A DNA stretch of 64,000 nt from Bacillota bacterium (GTDB lineage: Bacteria; Bacillota; Clostridia; Tissierellales; MES13): positions 476 through 64,475 of the forward strand of contig VENA01000016.1 in the NCBI GenBank assembly GCA_009711785.1, read 5' to 3'. A program made the position numbers and the translations under genes. Every line of letters starts with the position of its first letter. Position 1 is the stretch's first letter. Under the pieces are notes generated by a model. It made no database searches. It was not told where the DNA came from and saw nothing but the letters and a program-made list of their open reading frames with translations. Shown one piece after another: positions 18,166 to 27,602 of the stretch.

Positions 18166-19506
18166 CTATGCTAATAAATTTAGTGAATTGTTTTTATTTA
18201 TCCTTTTATAGCCTGGTTTATAACTTATATCACTTACAGTTTCTAAATTTATTTCATCATCTTTAATTTTGCTTTTTTTACTTCCTTTAAAGGATTTTCC
18301 TTGTTGATATGTTTGATTATCTTTTTTTCCTTTACTAAATTCTGAAAAATCTTTATTAACATCCACTTCAATATTTTGTAAATCTACATTTTGTGTTTTT
18401 AAATTGTTTTTTAATAATTGAAGTTGCTTATCTAATGCATATTTTGCTTCCTCATTACTAACCATTATTTTCCCTTCAAGCAAACCATTTTTCATATTTA
18501 GCTTTATTTCTATATCCCCTAATTCTTTAGGTCTTAAAGACACCTTTAAAGTTGATTCTTTTCCTTCACTTAAACTCTTAGCTTGTTGAGTCATTTTCAT
18601 TGATACTTCATCTAGATTTTGAAGTTTAGTATGTTTAGTATTACCAGTTTTAGTGCTTGTATTTTTCACTGTTTTTTCAAACTCAAAATTTTTATTAAGC
18701 ATTTCTTTAGAATCTGTATTAGTATTATCTTTGGTCTTATCTATTACTTTTATCTTTTCACCTAATATATCTTTAGTTTTGGCATTTTTATTTTTAAATA
18801 CCTTTTCATTTTTATTTAACTTATTTCTATTTAAATTATTAAATTTACTAATCTCTTTATCTATATCTTTAATTTCATTTGTTTTAATATTTTTTTTGCT
18901 TATTTTTTTATCTGTTTTTTCTACTATATGTTTAATGTCTAAATCCTTTGATTTATCATTAGTATTTATTTTTTCATCTAAACTGTTTCCATTTTTTATT
19001 TTCTTTGAGTTTGATAATAGATTTAATTCATTCATTAAATTTCTTTCTTTGTTTTCATTATTTTTACTTACTTTAATTAATAACTCTTTTATATCCTTTA
19101 GATTTAAAGTTTTATCATTTAAAGCTTTATTATCTAATTTAGATATTATATTCTTTATTTCATTATCATTTAAATTTGTAGTTTCAATATTTTTAAATAA
19201 ATTATTTAATTCACTGGTTTTTAGATTTTTAAATAGATTCATTTTATCACTATTTTTATCAAGAAAAGTCAATAGACTCTCTTTATCTAAATCTCCATTT
19301 AGCATGTCAAAATTCTTAGATAAATGTTTTAAAACATCATTTCTCCCTTTACTAGATAAATCAGCTAATTTTCCTTCATTGTTAAGTAAATTTGAAAATA
19401 GCTCATTAAATAAAATATCAATCTGACTACCTTCTAAGCTTTTTTTATCCTTTGATTTTACTTTTGAATTTTCTAATGCTACAGCACCTATTTCTATTTT
19501 TTTCAC
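18166..19506 (-). CDS. fliK: flagellar hook-length control protein FliK (K/N-rich, low complexity)
   Basis: Position between fliJ and flgD. C-terminal FliK-like domain (LKVSLRPKELGDIEIKLNMKNGLLEGKIMV). Confidence 0.75.
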   Translation of the reverse strand: MKKIEIGAVALENSKVKSKDKKSLEGSQIDILFNELFSNLLNNEGKLADLSSKGRNDVLKHLSKNFDMLNGDLDKESLLTFLDKNSDKMNLFKNLKTSELNNLFKNIETTNLNDNEIKNIISKLDNKALNDKTLNLKDIKELLIKVSKNNENKERNLMNELNLLSNSKKIKNGNSLDEKINTNDKSKDLDIKHIVEKTDKKISKKNIKTNEIKDIDKEISKFNNLNRNKLNKNEKVFKNKNAKTKDILGEKIKVIDKTKDNTNTDSKEMLNKNFEFEKTVKNTSTKTGNTKHTKLQNLDEVSMKMTQQAKSLSEGKESTLKVSLRPKELGDIEIKLNMKNGLLEGKIMVSNEEAKYALDKQLQLLKNNLKTQNVDLQNIEVDVNKDFSEFSKGKKDNQTYQQGKSFKGSKKSKIKDDEINLETVSDISYKPGYKRINKNNSLNLLA

Positions 19507-19528
19507 CCCCTTTTAGTAAATTCTATTT

Positions 19529-19966
19529 TTAAGAATTCCTTAAATAGGAAAACATGGCAAGCTCGTCATTTAATTTCTGTTCCTGACGGTTAAGTTCTAC
19601 TTTATATTTTGTATAAGCTTTTTCTTTAAGTTTCTCTATTGTTTTTCTTTCCTTTTGTGCAGAAACTAATTCACTTCTCTTTTGTTCTAATTCATCCTTA
19701 TAATTTAGAGTTAATTCCCGTTGAAGTACTATTTTTTCCCTTAGAAATTGTATATAGTTATATACATTTTTTCTATAAGTAACCTCTCTAGAGGTATTTT
19801 TAGCATTAGAGTTAACTGCACTATCTAATTTTCTTTCTAATTCCTCTAACTTTTCTTTTTCTATTAAATAATTTCTTTCTACATTAGAATATTCTTGTTT
19901 TAGTGTTTCTTCCTTATCTTTTCTATATTTTAAAACATTTTCTAAGGAATACTTGAAATTTTTCAT
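19529..19966 (-). CDS. fliJ: flagellar export chaperone/stalk protein FliJ
   Basis: 145-aa coiled-coil protein downstream of fliI, with N-terminal FKYSLENVLKYRK. Confidence 0.8.
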   Translation of the reverse strand: MKNFKYSLENVLKYRKDKEETLKQEYSNVERNYLIEKEKLEELERKLDSAVNSNAKNTSREVTYRKNVYNYIQFLREKIVLQRELTLNYKDELEQKRSELVSAQKERKTIEKLKEKAYTKYKVELNRQEQKLNDELAMFSYLRNS

Positions 19967-19979
19967 ATAATCACTTCCC

Positions 19980-21302
19980 TTACTCTAATATTTCCTTCAT
20001 TTTTTCAAATGTCTCATCAAACTTTAAGTGATCATTTGTATCCTGTATTAGAAAATTATTAATAGGTTCAATTAAATCAACTGCTTCATCTACCTTAGGA
20101 TTAGTCCCTTTTACGTAAGCTCCAACATTTATAAGATCTTCTGATTTTTCATACGTTGCTAATACATCTCTCATTTTTCCAGACATTGAATACTGCTTAT
20201 CAGTTACAATCTCTTTCATTAAACGGCTTATACTTTCCTGAACGTCTATGGCTGGAAAATGATTTTGTGAAGCTAATTTACGAGATAGTACTATATGTCC
20301 ATCTAATATACCTCTAACTGCATCAGCTATAGGCTCATTCATATCATCACCATCGACTAATACAGTATAAAATGCTGTTATAGATCCTTTCTCAGATGTT
20401 CCAGATCTTTCTAATAACTTTGGTAAAAGTGCAAATACTGAAGGTGTATATCCTTTAGTTGTAGGAGGCTCTCCTATGGCTAGTCCTACTTCTCTTTGGG
20501 CCATTGCAAATCTTGTTACTGAATCCATCATAAGCATAACTTTTTTTCCTTGGTCTCTAAAATATTCAGCTACTGCTGTTGCAACAAATGCAGCTTTTAG
20601 TCTTACAAGTGCCGGTTGATCAGATGTAGCACAGATTACTACACTTTTTTTAAAACCATCTTTTCCTAAGTCTTTTTCTATAAAATCTAAAACTTCTCTT
20701 CCCCTTTCCCCGATAAGGGCAATTACATTTACATCAGATTCAGAATATCTACTTATCATTCCTAAAAGAGTACTTTTACCAACACCACTTCCAGCAAATA
20801 TACCTACCCTTTGTCCCTCACCACAAGTAAGCATACCATCTATTGCTTTTACGCCTGTACTCATTACTTTATCTATTCTTTTCCTTTTAAGAGGATTAGG
20901 TGGCTCTCTATGTACACTATACTTTTTATTTATTAATAACTCATCATCATCTATAGGGTTTCCTAAACCATCTAAAGTTTTTCCTAATAAATCATCACCA
21001 ACTTTAACCTTTAGTGATTTATTCTTAGGTATAACTACACACTCTGGACCAACACCTTCTAAATTTCCCAAAGCCATTAATAATACTTTATCTTCCTTAA
21101 ACCCAACTACTTCAGCTGATACTTTGTTTTCTCCATCTCTAAGTATAATCTCACATAACTCTCCAACAAAGGCTTTTATTCCTTCAACTTCTATAGTTAG
21201 TCCTATTACCTGACTTACTTTACCCATTTTTTTATAAAAACTTTCTTTGTTTAAAGTTTCTTTAAATTCTTTAAATGGAAGTTTATCCATCATCTTCAAC
21301 AC
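19980..21302 (-). CDS. fliI: flagellum-specific ATPase FliI
   Basis: Walker A GSGVGKSTLL and F1/T3SS ATPase-like core. Confidence 0.95.
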   Translation of the reverse strand: MLKMMDKLPFKEFKETLNKESFYKKMGKVSQVIGLTIEVEGIKAFVGELCEIILRDGENKVSAEVVGFKEDKVLLMALGNLEGVGPECVVIPKNKSLKVKVGDDLLGKTLDGLGNPIDDDELLINKKYSVHREPPNPLKRKRIDKVMSTGVKAIDGMLTCGEGQRVGIFAGSGVGKSTLLGMISRYSESDVNVIALIGERGREVLDFIEKDLGKDGFKKSVVICATSDQPALVRLKAAFVATAVAEYFRDQGKKVMLMMDSVTRFAMAQREVGLAIGEPPTTKGYTPSVFALLPKLLERSGTSEKGSITAFYTVLVDGDDMNEPIADAVRGILDGHIVLSRKLASQNHFPAIDVQESISRLMKEIVTDKQYSMSGKMRDVLATYEKSEDLINVGAYVKGTNPKVDEAVDLIEPINNFLIQDTNDHLKFDETFEKMKEILE

Positions 21303-22092
21303 TCATTTCTAAAAGCTTACTTTTAATGTTTTCTAATTGCTCTGAAATTTGAAGATCTATTATTTCTGATTCACTTTCTATCTTACATCCATTTTCTTCT
21401 AAATCCTTATCCTCTAATATAGTAAATTTAGCATTTGGACATATTTTATTAAACTGATGAAGATTACTTTCTAAATAAAGAGAACTTTCAGGATGAATCC
21501 TTAATATAATCTGTCTTTTTTCTCTAACTTCCTGCAAAGCTTTTTTTACCATCTCAACTATATTTTTTTCTGATTCATTAATAAGTAATCCCGTTACATT
21601 TTCTGATACATCAATAATTAAATCTATAATTTCTTTATTAGTACCCTCTATATAATCCCTTGATTTTTTATGGGCATCTTTTAAAACATCTTTAGCTTCT
21701 TTTCTTAAAGCGTTAGCTTCAACTTTTGCTTCATCATAAGCTTTATTAAAGCCTTCAGTCTTTCCTTTATTAAACCCTTCATCATAAGCTTCTTTATAAG
21801 CTTTATCTTTTAAAACATTTATTTCTTCTTTTGCTTTATTTAAAAGCTCTTTTTTTTGATCATTTGCATCATTTATAATTTCTTTAGCTTCTAATTTTGC
21901 ATTATTTAAAATTTCTTTTCTTAATACCTCAATATTTTCTAACTCTTCATCGTATGTATCTATTAGTTCTTCTTTTTCATTATCTTTATTTTTAATTTGT
22001 TTTGGAGTTGGAGTTTTTATAGGTATAGAGAATTTTTTTCCATCAACATTGCTTTTTTTATAAATCCTATAGGACAATTCCATCGTCCCCAC
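21283..22092 (-). CDS. fliH: flagellar assembly protein FliH
   Basis: Coiled-coil, E/K-rich protein between fliG and fliI, overlapping both. Confidence 0.75.
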   Translation of the reverse strand: MGTMELSYRIYKKSNVDGKKFSIPIKTPTPKQIKNKDNEKEELIDTYDEELENIEVLRKEILNNAKLEAKEIINDANDQKKELLNKAKEEINVLKDKAYKEAYDEGFNKGKTEGFNKAYDEAKVEANALRKEAKDVLKDAHKKSRDYIEGTNKEIIDLIIDVSENVTGLLINESEKNIVEMVKKALQEVREKRQIILRIHPESSLYLESNLHQFNKICPNAKFTILEDKDLEENGCKIESESEIIDLQISEQLENIKSKLLEMSVEDDG

Positions 22093-23095
22093 CTCTTGCT
22101 ACTATAATTTCTCCTGCTTCTTCTAACCTTCTTATAATGCCAACAATCTTTTGTTGTGCTTGTTCAACTTCAACAAGTCTAACTGGTCCCATAAACTCAA
22201 TATCATCTTTAAGATTTTCTCCTGCTCTTTTAGATACATTTTTAAATACAATATCTGATACATCTTCACTAGCTCCCTTTAATGCAAGGGCTAAGTCTGA
22301 ATTTTCTACCTCTCTTATTACCCTTTGTATTGAAGTATTATCAAGAAGTATAATATCTTCAAATACAAACATACTATTTCTAACTTCATCTGCAAGGTCT
22401 GGTTTATCTTTTTCAAGTTCTTCTAAAATAACCTTCTCTGTTCCTCTATCAACTTGATTTAATATATCAACTAACGAACTTACTCCACCAAGACTTGCTA
22501 GATCTTCTCCTACTACACTTGATAATTTCTTTTCAAGTATTTTTTCCACTTGTTCTATAACAAGTGGTGATGTTCGACTCATAGTAGCTATTCTATCTGC
22601 AACCTCTGTTTGAAGTTCTTCTGGAAGTCCTGATAATATACTAGCTGCTTTATCAGGTTGAAGGTAGCAAAGTATTAATGCAATCGTCTGGGGATGTTCA
22701 TTCATAATAGTATTTAATAATTGCTGAGCATCGGTTTTTCTTGCTATTTGAAAAGGTCTCCTTTGTTGAGTAACTTCAGAGACTGTATCTATTATTTCCT
22801 TTGCTCTCTTATTTCCTAAAGCTTTTGTTAATACATTCCTTGCATATTCTAATCCACCTTGGGATATGTAATTTCTAGCTTCATTCATATCCATAAATTC
22901 TTCTAATATTTTATTTCTTACCTCTGGTTTAACCTGATCTATATTAGCTATCTCATAAGTTATATTTCGTATTACTTTATCTGGTAATTTTTTAAGTATA
23001 GAAGATGATATATCAGGACCAAGGGTAATCATAATAATTGCTGCCTTTTGTACTCCTGTTATTTTCTTTCTAGATGCCACAAAATCACCTCTCAT
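22067..23095 (-). CDS. fliG: flagellar motor switch protein FliG
   Basis: About 340 aa. GVQKAAIIMITLG at the N-terminus and a conserved C-terminal torque helix region (FVFEDI). Confidence 0.95.
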   Translation of the reverse strand: MRGDFVASRKKITGVQKAAIIMITLGPDISSSILKKLPDKVIRNITYEIANIDQVKPEVRNKILEEFMDMNEARNYISQGGLEYARNVLTKALGNKRAKEIIDTVSEVTQQRRPFQIARKTDAQQLLNTIMNEHPQTIALILCYLQPDKAASILSGLPEELQTEVADRIATMSRTSPLVIEQVEKILEKKLSSVVGEDLASLGGVSSLVDILNQVDRGTEKVILEELEKDKPDLADEVRNSMFVFEDIILLDNTSIQRVIREVENSDLALALKGASEDVSDIVFKNVSKRAGENLKDDIEFMGPVRLVEVEQAQQKIVGIIRRLEEAGEIIVARGGDDGIVL

Positions 23096-24677
23096 CCTCT
23101 GCTATCCATGCTTTTATTAACTCTGCCATATTATCTGGATATTCTTTGGCAAATTCTTTAACTTGTTTTTCTATTCCATCTTCTTCTGCAGGTGTTAACC
23201 TTTCAAAGTCTTCACTATCAGCAGTTACTTCATCCATTAAATCATCACTCACAGTTACATCAATTCCTTCTTCTTTCACTTCTTTATTTTCTTTTTTCTT
23301 AGAGTTTCTTTTCATAAGTAAAACAATTATTAATCCTAATAATCCAAGTAAAGCTATCCCTGCATATACATATAATCTATATTTACTAAATAAACTTTCC
23401 TCTTCTACCTTTTCTGGTTCAAATTCCTTTGCAATTTGATCTTCTAATTCATTATTAAATTCCATACCTACAACTTTAATAATGTCTCCTCTTTCTTCTT
23501 TAAAACCTATAGAACCTATTACAATATCTCTAATTGCATTTTTCTTTTCCTCAGTTAAATTAGCTTCATTACATACAACAGAAGTTGACACACTTAATAC
23601 CTTTCCAGGTAGTGTCATAGTTTTAGTTGTAGTTTCACCTATTTCATAGTTAGTTACTGATTCATAATTTGAAATTCTTTCATCATTTTCTGCATTTTCT
23701 TCTGTTTCATCAACTACATTTTGCATATTGTTATCAATTGGACTTTGAGCCTCGCCATCAGCTAAATTTTCATTTCTTTGAATCCTTTTTTGTTCACTTC
23801 TAATTACACCATCATCAGCATATTTAATAACTGTTGTTTCTTTAGAATCAAAATCTAAATCAGCTGATACCTGAACTACTACATTCCCAAGACCTAAAGT
23901 CTTTCCTAAAAGAGTTTGTAAATCTGATTCTAAACTTTTTTCAAATTGTCTTTTTAAATCCATTCTTTCATTTACAGAACCTGTTGAGTTAAATCCTTCA
24001 TCCTTATCAAGTACTCCTCTTGATAATAAATTTGCTTTTGAATCTAGAACTCTTACATTTTCTTCAGGTAAATCCTTTATAGCTCCGCTTACTAAGGATA
24101 TAATTCCTCTTATTTGCTCATCATTTATCTTATTAAAATCCTTTAGTTTTAATATAACAGATGCAGATCCTAATTTAGTTTCCTTTGTAAATATCGTCTC
24201 TTCAGGCATTGCAATATGTACTCTTGCTGATTCAACTTCACTTAAACTCATTATAGACCTTTGAAGTTCTCCCTCCATTGCCCTTTGATACATTATCTTT
24301 CGATCTTCATCTGTTACAGCAAAACCAGCATCATCAAATATTTCATACCCTTTTCCATTATTAGGAATTACTCCATCTATGGCTAAGTCTAGTCTTAATT
24401 TCTCTACATCATTATCAGGAACTAAAATCTTTCTTCCACCATTTTCAACTTTATATTCGATGTTTTTTTCCTTAAGTTTATTTACTATTTGACTTGAATC
24501 TTGAATATCTAAATTAGTAAAGATAGGTGTATAAGTTACTTTGCCAAAAAGATAATAATAGGCGATAAAAGAAATAATTAAAGATACACCTACAAGTCCT
24601 ATTATTACTTTTTTACCCTTACTAAGCCCACTAAAGCCTTCTTTTATTTTATTAAGTATTTCCTTAACTCTTCCCAT
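23085..24677 (-). CDS. fliF: flagellar MS-ring protein FliF
   Basis: 530 aa. N-terminal TM, a YscJ/FliF ring domain, a second TM near the C-terminus, and the FliG-binding tail. Confidence 0.95.
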   Translation of the reverse strand: MGRVKEILNKIKEGFSGLSKGKKVIIGLVGVSLIISFIAYYYLFGKVTYTPIFTNLDIQDSSQIVNKLKEKNIEYKVENGGRKILVPDNDVEKLRLDLAIDGVIPNNGKGYEIFDDAGFAVTDEDRKIMYQRAMEGELQRSIMSLSEVESARVHIAMPEETIFTKETKLGSASVILKLKDFNKINDEQIRGIISLVSGAIKDLPEENVRVLDSKANLLSRGVLDKDEGFNSTGSVNERMDLKRQFEKSLESDLQTLLGKTLGLGNVVVQVSADLDFDSKETTVIKYADDGVIRSEQKRIQRNENLADGEAQSPIDNNMQNVVDETEENAENDERISNYESVTNYEIGETTTKTMTLPGKVLSVSTSVVCNEANLTEEKKNAIRDIVIGSIGFKEERGDIIKVVGMEFNNELEDQIAKEFEPEKVEEESLFSKYRLYVYAGIALLGLLGLIIVLLMKRNSKKKENKEVKEEGIDVTVSDDLMDEVTADSEDFERLTPAEEDGIEKQVKEFAKEYPDNMAELIKAWIAEDER

Positions 24678-24762
24678 CTATATTGTTCACCCCATAATCC
24701 GACATAGTTCTATATATTTAACCTAAAATAATTGCTATAAACATTTTTCTACTCCTCCACAG

Positions 24763-24792
24763 AAAAAAGGCCTTTAAACATTGGCCTTTTTT
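24763..24792 (-). terminator. terminator-like hairpin (AAAAAAGGCC-N10-GGCCTTTTTT) inside the flgB-flgC-fliE / fliF junction
   Basis: Read directly in the unusual 142-nt fliE-fliF spacer. Short GC core with A/U extensions and a U-tract on the minus strand. Confidence 0.4.
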
Positions 24793-24819
24793 AGCCATAA
24801 AAGTAATCTGCCTTTAAAA

Positions 24820-25113
24820 TTATATTTGCATCCTATTTATTTCTTTATATGCTTCTATAACTTTATTTCTAACTTGAACAGTCATCTCTAAGGCAAGTTT
24901 CGCTTCTTCTGTGGCTATCATTACAGAGTGAATATCTTGAGCTTCTCCTGTTATTAAATCCCTATTTGCTTTATCTGCTTTTATTTGAAGTTTATTTACA
25001 CCTTCTAATTTTTCTTTTAACACATCCCCGAAGGCTTTATCATTTTGAATATTTTCTTTTTTAGGTGACATCTGATTTATTAGATTCATCTTAACTGACG
25101 GATCTATTTTCAT
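24820..25113 (-). CDS. fliE: flagellar hook-basal body complex protein FliE
   Basis: 97 aa with C-terminal ALEMTVQVRNKVIEAYKEINRMQI. Confidence 0.9.
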   Translation of the reverse strand: MKIDPSVKMNLINQMSPKKENIQNDKAFGDVLKEKLEGVNKLQIKADKANRDLITGEAQDIHSVMIATEEAKLALEMTVQVRNKVIEAYKEINRMQI

Positions 25114-25128
25114 TATTTAACCTCCTAA

Positions 25129-25560
25129 TTATCTTCCTATTTGTAGAGCTTTCATATACATACTTTTAGTTGCATTCATTGCTGTTACATTAGCTTCATA
25201 AGACCTAGTAGCAGCCATCATATCTACCATTTCATTTAATATATTTACATTTGGCATTTTAACATAACCATTTTCATCTGCATCTGGATGCTTAGGATTA
25301 TATACCCTTTTAAAAGGACTTTTATCCTCTACTATTCCTGAAGCTTTAACTCCCTGACTAATCATTTCAGATTCTCCAGATACTTTATTAACTTCCCTTT
25401 TTAAACTTTCTTCAAATACAGCAACCTTTCTTCTATAAGGGCCTCCATTTTTAGTCCTTGTAGTAGTAGCATTTGCTATATTTGATGATATAGTATCCAT
25501 TCTAAGTCTTTCAGCAGAAAGACCACTAGCACTTATTCTCATTGCTTGGAAAGTATTCAT
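25129..25560 (-). CDS. flgC: flagellar basal-body rod protein FlgC
   Basis: [28 protein letters not shown] at the N-terminus and a YVKMPNVN...[15 protein letters not shown] tail. Confidence 0.95.
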   Translation of the reverse strand: MNTFQAMRISASGLSAERLRMDTISSNIANATTTRTKNGGPYRRKVAVFEESLKREVNKVSGESEMISQGVKASGIVEDKSPFKRVYNPKHPDADENGYVKMPNVNILNEMVDMMAATRSYEANVTAMNATKSMYMKALQIGR

Positions 25561-25562
25561 AT

Positions 25563-25985
25563 TTATCTACCTCCATTAATTATATAACCAAATGTTCTAA
25601 GCTTTTTATTAGTTTGCTCTATAAGAGCATTATACTTAATTTGATTTGCAGCTAAATTAGTCATCTCTAAATCAACATCAACATTATTTCCATCACTATT
25701 CATCTGAGTTTTCTTATCTTTAACTGTTTTAGGTTTTATATTATCTATACTACTTATCCCAAAATGTCTTTTGTTAGTGGCATTTAACTTTATTTCATCC
25801 TTACCTAATGCCTTTTTTAACTCATCTTCAAATTTAACCCTATTAGCTTTATAATTTCTCGTATTCATATTTGAAATGTTATTACTAATTGCATTATGTC
25901 TTAAACTAGTTGCATCTAAGGATTTCTTTAATAACTTATATGTAACATCATTACTTCCAGGAAAATCCAAAATAATCACTCCCAA
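25563..25985 (-). CDS. flgB: flagellar basal-body rod protein FlgB (start codon uncertain: TTG 25985, GTG 25979 or TTG 25970)
   Basis: [25 protein letters not shown] rod motif. First gene of the large fla operon. Confidence 0.85.
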   Translation of the reverse strand: MGVIILDFPGSNDVTYKLLKKSLDATSLRHNAISNNISNMNTRNYKANRVKFEDELKKALGKDEIKLNATNKRHFGISSIDNIKPKTVKDKKTQMNSDGNNVDVDLEMTNLAANQIKYNALIEQTNKKLRTFGYIINGGR

Positions 25986-26174
25986 TACATTCTATCCTCT
26001 ATTTCATTATTCGACAAGTTTTTCATATTTCCTCCAATATATCTTTTATTCTAACATTAATGCACTTTTAAATACAATAATATTTTACAATAAAGTGGTT
26101 AAAAAAAGCAAATAAACTTTTTATTAACAAGTTAACCTATCTTTATTAATTTTTTTACTTAATTTTAACAATTT

Positions 26175-26203
26175 AAAACACCATCCCTTCAAGATGGTGT
26201 TTT
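26175..26203 (-). terminator. Rho-independent terminator downstream of fliS
   Basis: AAAACACCATC-N7-GATGGTGTTTT, a perfect 11-bp stem flanked by A and T runs (bidirectional shape). Confidence 0.7.
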
Positions 26204-26366
26204 AAAGCCATTTTAAATATTCTTTTTTTTCTTTATATCATTAAGTAAATGTAAAATGAAATTTATCATTTAGAATAAAGATACTATATACCCATTTATT
26301 TCAAGTGTTTTTTAAGATAATAAAACTATTTGTCTTAATAAAAATAGGACTTTTTACCTATGTATA

Positions 26367-26738
26367 TTATGCCTTATTCATAGCCTTAGCCCAAGTGTTT
26401 CTTAAATCCTCCATCATTTCTTTAACCATTTTAATCTTTTCTTTATCCTTTTTTATGTTAGCTTGAATAAGTTCATGATTCATATATTCATAAAGACTAT
26501 AAAGATTTTTAGCTACCTTTCCAGCATCGAAATTTAAAGTACTCATTAGTTCGTTAAGTATATCCTGTACCTTTATAAGATTTTTATTAGTATTTTCTAT
26601 ATCATTATCATCCATAGCTATTATTGAAAACTTTAAAAACTTTATTGCTCCATCATAAAGCATTAAAAGTAAATCTCCTTTACTAGCTGTTTCAAATTTA
26701 TTATTTTGATATGCGTTATATGCATTATTTTGATACAT
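26367..26738 (-). CDS. fliS: flagellin-specific export chaperone FliS
   Basis: 123 aa. GDLLLMLYDGAIKFLKFSIIAM is typical of the FliS four-helix bundle. Confidence 0.9.
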   Translation of the reverse strand: MYQNNAYNAYQNNKFETASKGDLLLMLYDGAIKFLKFSIIAMDDNDIENTNKNLIKVQDILNELMSTLNFDAGKVAKNLYSLYEYMNHELIQANIKKDKEKIKMVKEMMEDLRNTWAKAMNKA

Positions 26739-26749
26739 TTAAATCCCCC

Positions 26750-27115
26750 TTACACTAAGTAATCTACTATTATTCCAATCATATCATCTAATTTAGTTAA
26801 AACATCTGTAACTTCTTCTTCCTTATATTCTTTAATTACATCTTTTGTCTTTCTATCTAAAACCTTTAAAGATAAGTTTTCTTCCTTTTCAACGTCTAAA
26901 TATATATTTATATCCTCTTGTTTGAAAAACTTATTATATTTTTTTATCTTTTTATCTATCTGAAAAAAAGAATAAATAGGTTTTTCATCCTTCTCTTCTT
27001 TTCTTCTTGAAACCTCTGTTTCCCTTCCTGTATGTACTAATTCCTTGATAGTTTTATCTTTAACCTGTTTTAATATGTTTGGATCAAGATTTTCAAGCCT
27101 CAAAGCATCCACCAC
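26750..27115 (-). CDS. FlaG-like protein (second, divergent copy)
   Basis: The C-terminal LSLKVLDRKTKDVIKEYKEEEVTDVLTKLDDMIGIIVD aligns by eye with IMIKVIDSDTDEVIREVPPEKILDMVAEFMQMAGLLVD of the flaG product at 29318-29644. Confidence 0.45.
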   Translation of the reverse strand: MVDALRLENLDPNILKQVKDKTIKELVHTGRETEVSRRKEEKDEKPIYSFFQIDKKIKKYNKFFKQEDINIYLDVEKEENLSLKVLDRKTKDVIKEYKEEEVTDVLTKLDDMIGIIVDYLV

Positions 27116-27127
27116 CTATTACTCTTT

Positions 27128-27577
27128 TTAAAACCCTCTTCTGTTCATATTTTGATTATAGATATTAGTTACTCTTCTACTTTCTTTAATTCCCTTTACA
27201 TTAGATTTAAACTTTTTTAAAAGTTCTTTGCTTAATTTATTATTATAATCATCTATCTCTTTTATATCTAAAAGTACTTTTTCTATTTTCTTACTTATAT
27301 TTTTTAAATCCTTAGCATTTATATACTTATCTGAATCTATATCCTTAATAGATTGAACTTCATATTCCCTTAAACTTAACTTTAATTTTTTTAAAGATTT
27401 ATCTAATTCATTTATTCTTTCTATAGTCTCATCTTTTTTTTCTAGGATTTCACTTAAACTTTCTATATCCTTATCCTCTATAGAGACCCTTTGTTTCTTT
27501 GTTAAAGTAAGTATTTCTTTTAAAAGTTTAAGTTTCTTTTTACTTATAACTATCATATCTACAATCAATGATTTCAT
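27128..27577 (-). CDS. FlgN/FliT-like coiled-coil protein (putative FliD export chaperone)
   Basis: 149-aa all-helical K/E/L-rich protein immediately downstream of fliD. The call rests on position and composition only. Confidence 0.35.
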   Translation of the reverse strand: MKSLIVDMIVISKKKLKLLKEILTLTKKQRVSIEDKDIESLSEILEKKDETIERINELDKSLKKLKLSLREYEVQSIKDIDSDKYINAKDLKNISKKIEKVLLDIKEIDDYNNKLSKELLKKFKSNVKGIKESRRVTNIYNQNMNRRGF

Positions 27578-27602
27578 ATCCTACACCTCTTTAAATGCAT
27601 CT

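Noticed and set aside
18653-19426. 257-aa plus-strand ORF, the longest plus-strand ORF in the window
   Set aside because: It lies entirely antisense to fliK. Its L/F/S-rich low-complexity translation is the mirror image of the K/N/E-rich fliK codons. It has no SD and no recognisable domain, so I treat it as a compositional artefact.
25986-26366. Looked for a c-di-GMP riboswitch and/or an invertible 'flagellar switch' upstream of flgB, as in C. difficile
   Set aside because: The leader has no GCAAAC...GGACGCAAAGCC core. I found no pair of long (about 20 bp) inverted repeats flanking a 100-200-bp segment. Only short AT-rich palindromes and the fliS terminator are present.
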